NCBI GenBank assembly: GCA_913040915.1
Contig: CAJWHW010000023.1
Coordinates: forward strand, 1 to 35,519
Direction: 5' to 3'
Length of the DNA stretch: 35,519 bases
Source: an uncultured Fidelibacterota bacterium
GTDB lineage: Bacteria > Fidelibacterota > Marinisomatia > Marinisomatales > UBA1611
Part shown: piece after piece, positions 10,089 through 20,335 of the stretch
Position numbering within the stretch: the first letter of the stretch is position 1
Layout: each line of letters begins with the position of its first letter
Position numbers and translations under genes: made by a program
Notes under the pieces: generated by a model
The model's input: the letters and a program-made list of their open reading frames with translations, nothing else
Told to the model about the DNA's origin: nothing
The model's database searches: none

Positions 10089-10367
10089 TTATATTACTGC
10101 ATCAGCCTGTTTTGCCATTTCAACACAGGTTTGCGTTACACCACCTTTATCATGGGATGTAAACCCTAAATCTATCTTACACCAACCCACAACCATGTCT
10201 GGATGATGGTTTGCTTCCTCTGCCTTTTTAGCCAATCGATAAATGAATTCAATACTTTCCATATAAGAATTGAAAATATAAGTTTTTCGAAAAGCATTAT
10301 CCTTGAATTCCCAACTATTCAGTACTTTTAATGCATCAGAAATTTCTTTCGTAGATAATGTGCTTAT
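10089..10367 (-). CDS. phhB: Pterin-4-alpha-carbinolamine dehydratase (92 aa), apparent ATA start
   Basis: Not in the ORF track. Manual translation: (M)STLSTKEISDALKVLNSWEFKDNAFRKTYIFNSYMESIEFIYRLAKKAEEANHHPDMVVGWCKIDLGFTSHDKGGVTQTCVEMAKQADAVI*. Contains the AE..NHHPD and TSHD.GGVT family motifs. Confidence 0.88.
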   Translation of the reverse strand: MSTLSTKEISDALKVLNSWEFKDNAFRKTYIFNSYMESIEFIYRLAKKAEEANHHPDMVVGWCKIDLGFTSHDKGGVTQTCVEMAKQADAVI

Positions 10368-11761
10368 GGTGTTACCTCCTTCAATTGATTTACTTTATTT
10401 AATTCAAAACGAACCCAGTTAATTGCAATGACAAATGCGAATGTAGCTGAAATCATGATGGCATACCAATTCCACTCAACCGGTTTATTAAGTATAAAAC
10501 TAAAATAAAGTGCTAGGGGTGCACTAATACCAATAACACGAATGGTTGTAATTACCAATACAGGAATCCCTTTACCCAATCCCTGCATGACTCTTCCTGA
10601 AGTAATTGCAATAGCAACCAGTGGATAAATCAGGCAAACCAAACGCAAAAATCCAACAGATACATCGATTATTTCTCTATCATCAGTGAACCAGGATGAA
10701 AATAATTCGGCAAAATAATATACCAATGCTGATGAAATAAGTGTGATGAAAAAGGCTCGTGAAATACCGTACTTTACAATAAAATTTAATTCTTTCAATT
10801 TTTTGGCTCCATAAAACATACCAACCAGAGTTGTTAAACCACCAGCGATGGAAAAAATAGGTAGAAAAATGAGCATATCTAAACGTCCGGCTACTTGGTA
10901 AGCCGCCACAGTTTGAGATGAATAATGTATAAGGATTTTATTAAAAACTCCCTGCCCGACTGCCATGATAATCATAGACATGGAAGCAGGTAGTCCTACT
11001 TTTATAATATCCCATAAAATTGTTTTGGAAGGTTCAAAATCTTTTAATCGAAATGTGATATAAGCATGCTTTTTAACAAATAACATGTATATAAAAATGA
11101 AAAACACGATTAATTGACATACCACTGTTGCAATGGCTGCACCTTCCACACCCATACCAAGACCAAACCCTCCAAATTTTTCTAGTTTAAAAATAAAGAT
11201 AGGGTCTAAAATAATATTCAGTATTGTTCCAAAACCCGCTACCATCATTGGGAGTTTCATATCGCCTTCACCAGCTAAAATTGAACGAAAAAAACCAGAG
11301 AACACCATGAAGGGTAATCCAGTAATTATAATATATAAGTAGTCCCACGCTAGAATAAGGATATCCCCATCTGCACCGAATCCAATTAAAATTTGTTTAC
11401 CGAATAAGAAGCCCAAAGAAGTAAATATGATAGCAATTGTTGCTGCCATGGCTAATGCATGTTCTGCAGCATTATCAGCATTCTGTTTGTTATTCTCACC
11501 TATAAATCTTGCGATTGATGCGGTTACGCCAGAGCCCAGTCCCATAGTTAGTCCAAGCATTAAAAAGAAAATGGGCATATTAAATGCCACACCGGCAATG
11601 GCATTCCCACCTAATCGACCAATAAACATCATATCTACTAAATTGTAGAACGTTTGGATTCCCATACCAAACATGATTGGAATCGCTAAAGACCAAAGAG
11701 CTTTGGATGGATTATCTATGAAAGTTTGGAGGCGTGATTCTGACCTAGAATTATTTTCCAT
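10364..11761 (-). CDS. MATE family efflux transporter
   Basis: LAIP, YNLVDMMFIGRLG, GEGDMKLPM, NIILDPIFIF, GVEGAAIAT and VGMFYGAK; about 12 TM helices. Confidence 0.93.
   Translation of the reverse strand: MENNSRSESRLQTFIDNPSKALWSLAIPIMFGMGIQTFYNLVDMMFIGRLGGNAIAGVAFNMPIFFLMLGLTMGLGSGVTASIARFIGENNKQNADNAAEHALAMAATIAIIFTSLGFLFGKQILIGFGADGDILILAWDYLYIIITGLPFMVFSGFFRSILAGEGDMKLPMMVAGFGTILNIILDPIFIFKLEKFGGFGLGMGVEGAAIATVVCQLIVFFIFIYMLFVKKHAYITFRLKDFEPSKTILWDIIKVGLPASMSMIIMAVGQGVFNKILIHYSSQTVAAYQVAGRLDMLIFLPIFSIAGGLTTLVGMFYGAKKLKELNFIVKYGISRAFFITLISSALVYYFAELFSSWFTDDREIIDVSVGFLRLVCLIYPLVAIAITSGRVMQGLGKGIPVLVITTIRVIGISAPLALYFSFILNKPVEWNWYAIMISATFAFVIAINWVRFELNKVNQLKEVTP
10374..10380 (-). promoter_or_regulatory. 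Shine-Dalgarno AGGAGGT for the pterin dehydratase
   Basis: Plus-strand acctcct reads AGGAGGT on the minus strand, 6 nt upstream of the ATA at 10367. Confidence 0.75.
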
Positions 11762-11817
11762 ACGCCTTTAATTTACCGAGATAAGTTAATCAATCTATAA
11801 TGTGTATTTTACTTTTT

Positions 11818-13611
11818 TTAAAATGGCCACAAGCGAGGTAAAAAGAAAACAGCTAAAATCAGAAAAATAAATGCCAGTGGAAAACCAACTCTAATATAAT
11901 CACTAAATTTGTACCCCCCGGGTCCATAAACCATTAGATTAGTTTGATACCCTACAGGTGTTATAAAGGAAGCTGAAGCCGCAAATGCTACAGCAAAAAT
12001 AAATGCACGCGGTTCCAGCCCCATCTGGTTTGAGACAGCCAAAGCAATAGGAGTCATAATAATTGCTGTTGCTGCATTGGAAGAAACTTCCGTTAGAATC
12101 ATCGTAATCAAATAGATAAGACCTAAAAGTGCATAAGGTTGCCATTTTTCTGGAAAAGATTTTGCGACGTTAGAAATAAATGTACCGATCCATTCAGCGG
12201 TACCTGTAGTTTGTATAACAAGACCAACTGGGATTAATGATGCGATAAGAACAATCACTTGCCAATGAATAGATTGATATCCTTCTTGAGGAGTCAAAAT
12301 TCTTAATGCTAACAAAATTACTACACCTAACATTCCACCTTTCATAATTGGCATCGTACCCGTTGCTGCTAATCCAATTGCTCCAAGGATTACTATGATA
12401 GTCATCCACCAAAACCGCTGTTTTCGTAATTCTGCTTCTACTTCACCTAAAACGATGAAGTCACCATTTTTAGATAGATTTTCTATTTTATTTGCAGGTC
12501 CATAAACTAATAATGTATCATAAGAATTTAAAATGACATGGGCAATTTTTTTTCGAAGAATAGCACCCTCTCGTCTAACAGCTAGAATAAATGTGCCAAA
12601 ACGCTGTCTGAAATTAGCTGCCATTAAACTACGTCCTACCAAATCAGATTGTTCTGTAAGTAAGCATTCCATTAATACATTTTCTTCTTGTTCTAATTCT
12701 TCTTGAGTCAATTTTTCATCAGTTAATAATTTTATTTTTTCAACTTCTTTCATTCTTAGAAAATTGTCCAAAGTGCCTCTCACAAATAAAATATCACCCG
12801 CCTTTAATGGTGTCCTTCGAATATTGGTTGTAATCATTTTTTTATCACGCAAAATATCCAAGACCATTACATCATAGTTTGCATTAATCCCTCTTTCGAA
12901 ACATGTTTTTCCAACTAGTGGTGAATCTTCTGTAACCTTCATTTCAGTTAAATATCCACCTAAATGGTAGCTTTTTGTCAAACTAGATGTAACTGTTCTA
13001 GATGGTAATAATTTTGGTGCTATAAATAAAATATATAATAGACCAACTACCAGCAATATACTCCCATAGCGTGCAAATTCGAACATCCCCATAGGTTCTA
13101 CATCACCACTAACTTCATAAACTGAATTGACCAATAGATTTGTCGATGTGCCAACTAAAGTCAAAGTCCCGCCTAGGATAGCTGCATAACTCAATGGTAT
13201 TAACATCTTAGATGGACTTAATTTGTATTTATGAGCCAATCGAATGGTAACCGGCATAAAAATAGCAACAATAGCAGTATTGTTAACAACAGCGGATGCA
13301 AGACTGATTGTAAATAAATAAACTGCACGACCTAAAATTTTTGATCTGTTTGCAATGCGGTTAATGCGTACTACTAAATATTCCAATAAACCGGTTTTTT
13401 GCAAAGCACGGCTCAAAATGAATAGAAATGCAATAGTAAGAACTGCAGGGTTTGCAAAACCTGAAACAGCCTCCTCTGGAGTTAAGTACCCCAATAAAAA
13501 TAGAATAGAGAGCAGAATTAGAGCCGTAACATCAATAGAAAATAATTCCGTTACAAATAAAATAAATCCTAAAGCGAGTAATAACAGGATAAATGCAATA
13601 TCAGGTGTCAT
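11818..13611 (-). CDS. SLC13/DASS-type permease with two TrkA-C (RCK-C) domains
   Basis: SGFANPA, VNNTAIVAIFMP, GGTLTLVGTSTN, central SPLVGK and SDLVGRSL RCK-C repeats, SNAATA and FITPVGYQTN. Confidence 0.9.
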   Translation of the reverse strand: MTPDIAFILLLLALGFILFVTELFSIDVTALILLSILFLLGYLTPEEAVSGFANPAVLTIAFLFILSRALQKTGLLEYLVVRINRIANRSKILGRAVYLFTISLASAVVNNTAIVAIFMPVTIRLAHKYKLSPSKMLIPLSYAAILGGTLTLVGTSTNLLVNSVYEVSGDVEPMGMFEFARYGSILLVVGLLYILFIAPKLLPSRTVTSSLTKSYHLGGYLTEMKVTEDSPLVGKTCFERGINANYDVMVLDILRDKKMITTNIRRTPLKAGDILFVRGTLDNFLRMKEVEKIKLLTDEKLTQEELEQEENVLMECLLTEQSDLVGRSLMAANFRQRFGTFILAVRREGAILRKKIAHVILNSYDTLLVYGPANKIENLSKNGDFIVLGEVEAELRKQRFWWMTIIVILGAIGLAATGTMPIMKGGMLGVVILLALRILTPQEGYQSIHWQVIVLIASLIPVGLVIQTTGTAEWIGTFISNVAKSFPEKWQPYALLGLIYLITMILTEVSSNAATAIIMTPIALAVSNQMGLEPRAFIFAVAFAASASFITPVGYQTNLMVYGPGGYKFSDYIRVGFPLAFIFLILAVFFLPRLWPF

Positions 13612-13658
13612 AAGAGCAACTTTAATTCAGTAGATAAGTGATCACAATCCAGTAATTT

Positions 13659-13985
13659 TTAACTGAAAGGATGATCGCCAAGTTTCGGTTTTGAACTTAC
13701 AGTTTCCATTTTGGAATGATTTAAATTATCTGTGAATTCTATTTGGTTTCGAACTGCGTTTATAATGGAATCAATTACAGGTTTCCGCCTAGTATTATTT
13801 AATACGGCCATAATAAATATTGGAAATTCAGCTTCCGGTAAAACTTCTTCCCATGGATCAAATAATTTTGTTTCATCTAAAAATTTATCAATATCGCTAT
13901 TGTGTTTAAGTAGCTCAAATACCTCATCCATTAAGGATAAAAGCTCCAGTTGCAATTGCTCGTTACTGAGATTTAACAATTTCAT
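13659..13985 (-). CDS. Hypothetical protein
   Basis: 108-aa ORF coupled to the upstream HD-GYP gene by a TAATG overlap at 13985; no recognisable motif. Confidence 0.65.
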   Translation of the reverse strand: MKLLNLSNEQLQLELLSLMDEVFELLKHNSDIDKFLDETKLFDPWEEVLPEAEFPIFIMAVLNNTRRKPVIDSIINAVRNQIEFTDNLNHSKMETVSSKPKLGDHPFS

Positions 13986-15589
13986 TATTTTTCTAAAATC
14001 AAATTCTCATCTACATCATCAATTTGAGTTTTTGCTACATAATCTTCTGCATATTTTTTATAAACACCGGTTTTTACAAAAATCTCAAATAAATCCTCAT
14101 CAATATGATAATCATTTTTCATAAAGCCCATAATTCGCATAGCCATTGATAATTTTTTTCCGTCTTTATATGGACGATCTGCAGCTGTTAAGGCTTCATA
14201 AATATCTGCAATCGCCATGATTTTTGCCTGTGTGGACATTTGATTTTCATCTAATCCTTTCGGATAACCTGTGCCATCCATTTTTTCATGGTGCCCTCCT
14301 GCAAACTCAGGAACATTTTTTAAATTTTTTGGATAAGGCAATTGTTCTAGCATGTCAATTGTGATAACAATGTGATCATTAATGATCTCTCTTTCATCCG
14401 GAAGAAGTGTCCCTTTAGGAATATTTAAATTTTCAATCTCATTTTTTGAAAGAAAATTCTTTGTTTTTCCAAAAATGTTTATTTGTTGTTTTCCTATTTC
14501 TTTCACTCGGTCCTGCAGCTCAGGTTTCATAAATTCGCCACCTACATTACAAGACTCTAGGAATGCCATATTATCTTCTATTTGCTCAATAGTTTCCTTA
14601 TACTCATCATCGAAATCATTTGGATTCTGACCATTCAACTTCCGTTTTAAAAATGCAATCTCTGCATCTCTTTTCAAAAGTTCCATCCTTGTTTTCACCA
14701 ATTCAATTCTGTCAAAGATTGTTTCAAGCTTAGTACCTTTATCTACCACATGAGGTGGAGTGGCTACTTTTCCACAATCATGTAGCCATGCAGCAATATA
14801 AAGTTCGTACCTTTCTTCTGCCGTCATGGAAAAATCTTTGTATTTCCCTTCCTTCATTTCGGCAACTGCATCAGCTAACATCATGGTAATAACTGGCACA
14901 CGTTCACAGTGCCCTCCCGTGTATTCTGATTTTTTATCAATTGCAGTTGCAATTAATTTGATAAATGCTTCAAACAGTATTTTTAATTCTTCAACTAAAC
15001 GTTTATTTGTAAGGGCTACGGCTCCTTGAGATGCCAATGATTCAACCTGTTCTTGCATTTCTTCATTAAAAGGAATCACGTCTCCATGCTCGTTCCTGGC
15101 ATTTATAAGTTGCATGACACCTATAATCTCATTCTCATGATTTTTTAGAGGAACTGTCAAAAATGATTTTGACCTGTACCCTGATTTTTTATCAAATTTT
15201 TTGGTTCCTTCAAAATCAAAACCATCTTCTTCATAAGCGTCTTTTATGTTAACAGTCTTTTGAGCTAAAGCTACATAAGCTGAAACATTTTTCTGATTAG
15301 GTGTTTGCTTATCCAACCATAACTTTACAGGGTAATATGGGATTTCTACCCCGGAAGTACCTCCCATAAGTATATCCATTGTATCATTACGCATGATTTC
15401 AAATTTTAGATTACCATCTTTATCCATCGAATAAAGAGTACGACCATCTGCTCTTGTAATCTTTTTTGCTTCTTTCAGGATCATTTCAAATAGACGATCT
15501 GTATTCTTTTCTGTTGAAAGTGCCATTCCAATTTCACTGAGATTGTGAAGTCGGTCTTCTAAAAATTTGATTCTGTTGAGTGCATCCAT
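13985..15589 (-). CDS. GAF + HD-GYP cyclic-dinucleotide phosphodiesterase
   Basis: GAF motifs ADGRTLY, GYRSKSFLTVPL and GVMQLIN. HD-GYP motifs YTGGHCERV, LHDCGK, HHEKMDGTGYP, IADIYEAL and RPYK, with a long helical insert. Confidence 0.92.
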   Translation of the reverse strand: MDALNRIKFLEDRLHNLSEIGMALSTEKNTDRLFEMILKEAKKITRADGRTLYSMDKDGNLKFEIMRNDTMDILMGGTSGVEIPYYPVKLWLDKQTPNQKNVSAYVALAQKTVNIKDAYEEDGFDFEGTKKFDKKSGYRSKSFLTVPLKNHENEIIGVMQLINARNEHGDVIPFNEEMQEQVESLASQGAVALTNKRLVEELKILFEAFIKLIATAIDKKSEYTGGHCERVPVITMMLADAVAEMKEGKYKDFSMTAEERYELYIAAWLHDCGKVATPPHVVDKGTKLETIFDRIELVKTRMELLKRDAEIAFLKRKLNGQNPNDFDDEYKETIEQIEDNMAFLESCNVGGEFMKPELQDRVKEIGKQQINIFGKTKNFLSKNEIENLNIPKGTLLPDEREIINDHIVITIDMLEQLPYPKNLKNVPEFAGGHHEKMDGTGYPKGLDENQMSTQAKIMAIADIYEALTAADRPYKDGKKLSMAMRIMGFMKNDYHIDEDLFEIFVKTGVYKKYAEDYVAKTQIDDVDENLILEK

Positions 15590-15700
15590 ATGGTATTCAA
15601 TTTCATTAAAAAGGATATTTAAGATTTTGATTTTACATCTGCTTTAGTTAGATAACAATTAGAATAGGAATCAATTCATATACATGATTTAATTTCTGCC

Positions 15701-18700
15701 ATGGACTCTACGCTACAAAACCAAATAAAGAAAGTTTATAGTGATATAGAAAGTCGGAAAATCAGAGCTGAAACTTTGATTGATCTTATTAATAACTGCA
15801 TCCAGATTACTCTAGATAAAGAGACTATTCACAGCTTTTTGGATTTAGCCCACTCACAAACAGTTGTTCAGACTATTTATAATGCAGATTTAGTCACCGA
15901 ATGGTTAGAAAAATTGGTAAACCTGATTGACATTTCTCAATTCCATACAGGTTATCTCTTAGAACAGCGAGCTAAGAGATATAATAAAAAAACTGTATTT
16001 AACATTATCAGGGATGAAACTATACATACGGTCTCCTATGCAGATCTATGGAAGAAAATAATTGAGACAGGTAAAGCTTTATCCACTCTAGAAAAAGCTG
16101 ATGAATTTCCAACCATTGGTTTACTCACTCATAATCAATTAAATAGTGTTCTAATTGATTTAGCCTGTCTTTCTTTTGGCTGGCGAGTGATCCCTATACC
16201 ATTGAACTCTACTTCGGAACACCTATCTTTTATTTTAAATCAGTCAGAAATATCCCATTTATTTGTTGGAGGGAAAACGGGTATCCAATTATGGAATAAA
16301 GTACAACCAATTCATAAAATTTCTGTGATTTCATTTAGCGATTCAGAATCACTGAATGGTGATGTGATAAGTTGGGAAACATTCTTTGAAAGCCGATATG
16401 ATGCAAAAAATTTTAATGCAGTCCAACGTATGTCCTATGTACCAATGAATGAAACTCAGACTATAATGTACACATCTGGAACCACAGCAAATCCTAAAGG
16501 AATAACTTTTACTCAAATGAATTTAATTAGTAAACGGTTTGCAAGAGGATTAGCCCTACCTGAAATTAATGCTAATGATTGTTTTTTATGCTACCTCCCA
16601 CTCTTTCATACATTTGGACGGTATTTTGAATTAATGGGCAGTATTTATTGGGGTGCCACATATTCATTTGCAGAATCACCTGCATTCAATTCATTGCTAA
16701 AAGATTTTCAATTAATCAAACCATCTACCTTTATAAGCATTCCAAAAAGATGGGTACAACTTTATGAAATGTTGGAAGAAGAACTAGATTTAGACTCAGC
16801 CAAAGATGAGAAAATTAACGAACAATTAAAAAAAGTTACTGGCGGAAAATTAACATGGGGTTTATCTGCTGCTGGTTATTTGGATCCGGATATTTTTTTA
16901 TTTTATCAATCACATGGAATTAACATATTGAGTGGTTATGGAATGACAGAGGCTACAGGCGGAATTACTATGACACCTCCAGATGATTATGTAAAGGATT
17001 CTGTAGGTAAAGCTCTCCCAGGGTTAGATATAAAATTGGCAGGAGATGGCGAAATGCTCATTCGTGGTAAATATATATCACCAGGTTATTACAAAGAAAT
17101 AGAATCTGATGCTTTTGCAAATAACTGGTTCAATACTGGAGACATTTTTAAAGAAAAAAACGGTCATTATTTTATTATTGATCGTAAAAAAGACATTTAC
17201 AAGAATAGCCGTGGACAAACTATTGCACCACAAAAAATAGAAAATCTATTTCAGGATTTTGATTCTGTTAAATCCGTATTTCTTGTTGGAGATGGAAAAG
17301 AATTCAACACAGTTTTAATTTATCCAGATCATGAAAATTCACCTATTGATTTAAAATCTGCAGAGAACCAAAAAATACGGGATTTATTTAGCTCAATGAT
17401 TTTGTCTGTAAATAGTTTTCTATCTCCATTTGAGCGGATTGTCAATTTTGTCATTATACCAAGAGATTTTTCCAAAGAAAAAAATGAATTGACCCAAAAA
17501 GGGACATACAACAGAAGAAATATTCTTAAAAATTTTTCTAAAATTATTGAACCCCTTTATGAAAAAAATTATGTTGCTCTATATTCTGGAGCGAAAGAAG
17601 TAAGAATTCCTAATTGGCTATTAAGAGAAATTGGAACTGTAAGATCCAATTTAAATTGGGACGGACAAAAGGTAATTATCCATGGACAGCCTGAAAAACT
17701 TTTACTTTCTTGGGCAGGTAAAAAAATACAGCTTGGAGATTTTATTTATTCAATTCAATCTGATATTTTTGATTTTGAATCATTTATCAAATCACCATCG
17801 CATTGGCTTGGAAATTTTAGTTTTACTAATTTTGTAGGTCCTTCAATTTTTAGATTAAAAGAAACTGAATTATATAGCATTATTCAGATTGATTTATCCA
17901 TAATGAATTCAGGGTTAGAGCCTGTAACTGGTACAAATCCTGAGACTACAGTGTTACTTCAAATCCACCATACGGTTCGAAATTATCTTGCTGGTGATCC
18001 ATCATCCTTAAAAATGCTCACAAAAATTGTGGATGGTCATTCAAGAAATTGGCAAGATGTAATCCTGGAAACATTTTTAATTTATAAACTTCATCCTGAT
18101 TCCTCATTTCAAATACGATTAATCGAAGCTCTAATGCCTCTACTTTCCGGCGATTTTCTAGTTTCCATGATAAAATCTGCCTATTATTATCAGAGAGCCC
18201 ATGATCCAAAAAAAAGATTTACATTTAATATAAATCGTGCGGTAGATGAGCATTACCAATCCTTTATTAAATATCTTCAGGATGTTCATCAAAATATTCT
18301 CGAATTAAATTCGAATGAATTAGAATTCGTTCAAACCATTCTACTGCTGGTTGCAGATTTCGGAACCCTTCACCCAACTAGGTTTGTCTGGGCTCGCTCT
18401 GAACTTGTTTGGTGGCAAATTTCTCAAGTACCAAAACCATTATTCTCAACTGCTCAAAAAGCATATTACACATTGACCAAAGGATTCCGGAGTTGGATCG
18501 GAAAATCTGCGTCGCTAACCATTGACCGGGAAACTGGAAAAGAGTACACTTGGGAAGATGTTATTACATTTGATGAAAATGTAAAAATATCTCATCAAAA
18601 ACAATTAATAACAGCCTTGCGAGAAACCTCACTGATCCGTGAATCAATTTTTCTATTTTCATCAAACTTTATTATTGGATTAAATGATATACCACCTGAT

Positions 18701-20275
18701 GGTATTTGGATAACACATTTAGGTACACGAAATAATAAGAGTGTATTTCGTATTTTAGTAAAAACAAGATCTATGGGAAATCATAACCTGGTGGTTAATC
18801 TTAATGAAGGCTTAGACCGTCAATTTCTTGAAGAAGAAATTAAATGGCTCATTATCATGGGTTCAGGATTTAAAGATGAACCTTTGGTGGAAAATTTTGG
18901 AGGTTACTGGCCAGAATTTGAACTTTATACTGAAGAGTATATCCATGGAGAAACAGTTGCTGAATATCTTGGACGTAACCGTAATGATATTAGCGATGAT
19001 ACAAAAATAGATCGCTGGCAAATGCGATGGCTACATTTTATTTGGAATGGTATCCAAGCCTATCAGGAATTTTGGGGACGAACAGAGTTTAAATTATCCA
19101 TTCAACCTCCATCAACGGAAAATTTGATTATTCCAAAACATGATTATACTACAGGTACAAGATTGATTTCCATATCCAGTCGTAAACAGATTGAATCTAT
19201 TAGTGAACATTTTCTTTCATTATTTACAGATTATATCGTAAAAACCGAAGAAAAATTTGAAGGACTAAAACACATGTCAAACTGGGAGGTGATTTTCACT
19301 GCTACGCTTCAAGCGGTAAAAGTTTCAAAAGGTAAAAAACTTCTATTCCAATTAAAATCTGAATTAGGCCAAAGAACTGCGCGGAAGAAATTAAATGCAG
19401 TTGGCTGTACTACAGATCGAATTGACCGTTTTTTAAAAGATATCCAAAAATTTGGTGTACTCACAAAACCTGTTGTTTTCGCTTCTTTGCGATATGATCG
19501 CTGGCTTGAATTGAATCCGGAAGCAACCCTGTCTGCCCGTGCTTCTATATTACAGGAATTATATAAAGATTATAATCTTGACACACTATTAGATGAATAT
19601 CCTGAGACAAGAGTAAGGTTCTTTATGATGACCTGTTTTAAAGGAGAGAACCCTAAACTAATGGGAGCATTTCAAGACATGATTGAGGCTATGAGAAAAA
19701 ATGAATTGAATCCTTGGAATCTTCAAGACAGAATTGCAAAAATTCAATCCAATATTCAAATGACTGAAGAAGAAAAATTCTTTCTGGCACGGATGTTATT
19801 TCCACATGTGGATTCGGCAGATTATGTTGAATTGGTAACGACAACCCATGGAGAGGATGATCGATTAAACCTTTTGTTTCAGACAGAGGGTAAAGATGGA
19901 CAGATCTATAGAATTCGTCCACCATTTTTACCAAAAGAGATTGCACAATTCCATACTTTACTTTCAGAATCTTCCTTATCGGGCATATTTACTGCTAAAC
20001 ACGAGTTTTTATTTATCTTTAATGCTCGAAACAGATTAGTTGGCGGCTTATTTTGGAAAAATTTAGAACAAGACCGAATTCACTTAGAATGGGTTATAGT
20101 GAGAGAAAAGTACCGAAAAATTTCTCTAAGCAAACGCCTGATGGATGATTTTTATAAACGGATGGAGTATAGAGGTATCCAGATAATTACGGTTGGCTTC
20201 TATGTAGAGAAATTCTTTTTCAAACATGGATTTAAAATAAATAAGCAATACGGTGGATTAGTTAAAATACTCTGA
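15701..20275 (+). CDS. Multidomain protein: long-chain acyl-CoA synthetase-like AMP-binding domain + helical region + kinase-like region + C-terminal GNAT
   Basis: Adenylation motifs YTSGTTANPKG, YLPLFH, GYGMTE, WFNTGD, DRKKD, APQKIE and ELTQKG. C-terminal VGGLFW..HLEWVIVREKYRK..FFFKHGF is GNAT-like. The kinase-like call is by eye (see findings). Confidence 0.85.
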   Translation: MDSTLQNQIKKVYSDIESRKIRAETLIDLINNCIQITLDKETIHSFLDLAHSQTVVQTIYNADLVTEWLEKLVNLIDISQFHTGYLLEQRAKRYNKKTVFNIIRDETIHTVSYADLWKKIIETGKALSTLEKADEFPTIGLLTHNQLNSVLIDLACLSFGWRVIPIPLNSTSEHLSFILNQSEISHLFVGGKTGIQLWNKVQPIHKISVISFSDSESLNGDVISWETFFESRYDAKNFNAVQRMSYVPMNETQTIMYTSGTTANPKGITFTQMNLISKRFARGLALPEINANDCFLCYLPLFHTFGRYFELMGSIYWGATYSFAESPAFNSLLKDFQLIKPSTFISIPKRWVQLYEMLEEELDLDSAKDEKINEQLKKVTGGKLTWGLSAAGYLDPDIFLFYQSHGINILSGYGMTEATGGITMTPPDDYVKDSVGKALPGLDIKLAGDGEMLIRGKYISPGYYKEIESDAFANNWFNTGDIFKEKNGHYFIIDRKKDIYKNSRGQTIAPQKIENLFQDFDSVKSVFLVGDGKEFNTVLIYPDHENSPIDLKSAENQKIRDLFSSMILSVNSFLSPFERIVNFVIIPRDFSKEKNELTQKGTYNRRNILKNFSKIIEPLYEKNYVALYSGAKEVRIPNWLLREIGTVRSNLNWDGQKVIIHGQPEKLLLSWAGKKIQLGDFIYSIQSDIFDFESFIKSPSHWLGNFSFTNFVGPSIFRLKETELYSIIQIDLSIMNSGLEPVTGTNPETTVLLQIHHTVRNYLAGDPSSLKMLTKIVDGHSRNWQDVILETFLIYKLHPDSSFQIRLIEALMPLLSGDFLVSMIKSAYYYQRAHDPKKRFTFNINRAVDEHYQSFIKYLQDVHQNILELNSNELEFVQTILLLVADFGTLHPTRFVWARSELVWWQISQVPKPLFSTAQKAYYTLTKGFRSWIGKSASLTIDRETGKEYTWEDVITFDENVKISHQKQLITALRETSLIRESIFLFSSNFIIGLNDIPPDGIWITHLGTRNNKSVFRILVKTRSMGNHNLVVNLNEGLDRQFLEEEIKWLIIMGSGFKDEPLVENFGGYWPEFELYTEEYIHGETVAEYLGRNRNDISDDTKIDRWQMRWLHFIWNGIQAYQEFWGRTEFKLSIQPPSTENLIIPKHDYTTGTRLISISSRKQIESISEHFLSLFTDYIVKTEEKFEGLKHMSNWEVIFTATLQAVKVSKGKKLLFQLKSELGQRTARKKLNAVGCTTDRIDRFLKDIQKFGVLTKPVVFASLRYDRWLELNPEATLSARASILQELYKDYNLDTLLDEYPETRVRFFMMTCFKGENPKLMGAFQDMIEAMRKNELNPWNLQDRIAKIQSNIQMTEEEKFFLARMLFPHVDSADYVELVTTTHGEDDRLNLLFQTEGKDGQIYRIRPPFLPKEIAQFHTLLSESSLSGIFTAKHEFLFIFNARNRLVGGLFWKNLEQDRIHLEWVIVREKYRKISLSKRLMDDFYKRMEYRGIQIITVGFYVEKFFFKHGFKINKQYGGLVKIL

Positions 20276-20335
20276 TTATAGTAGTCCCATTATCTGGAAC
20301 ATTTTGAGACTGAATGGGGAAATTATTTTATGATA

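Noticed and set aside
15701..20275. NRPS or carboxylic acid reductase interpretation
   Set aside because: I see no carrier-protein Ser motif, condensation HHxxxDG motif or reductase Rossmann motif.
20286..20318. cccatt...aatggg inverted repeat between convergent genes
   Set aside because: Only a 6-bp stem with a long loop; too weak to call a terminator.
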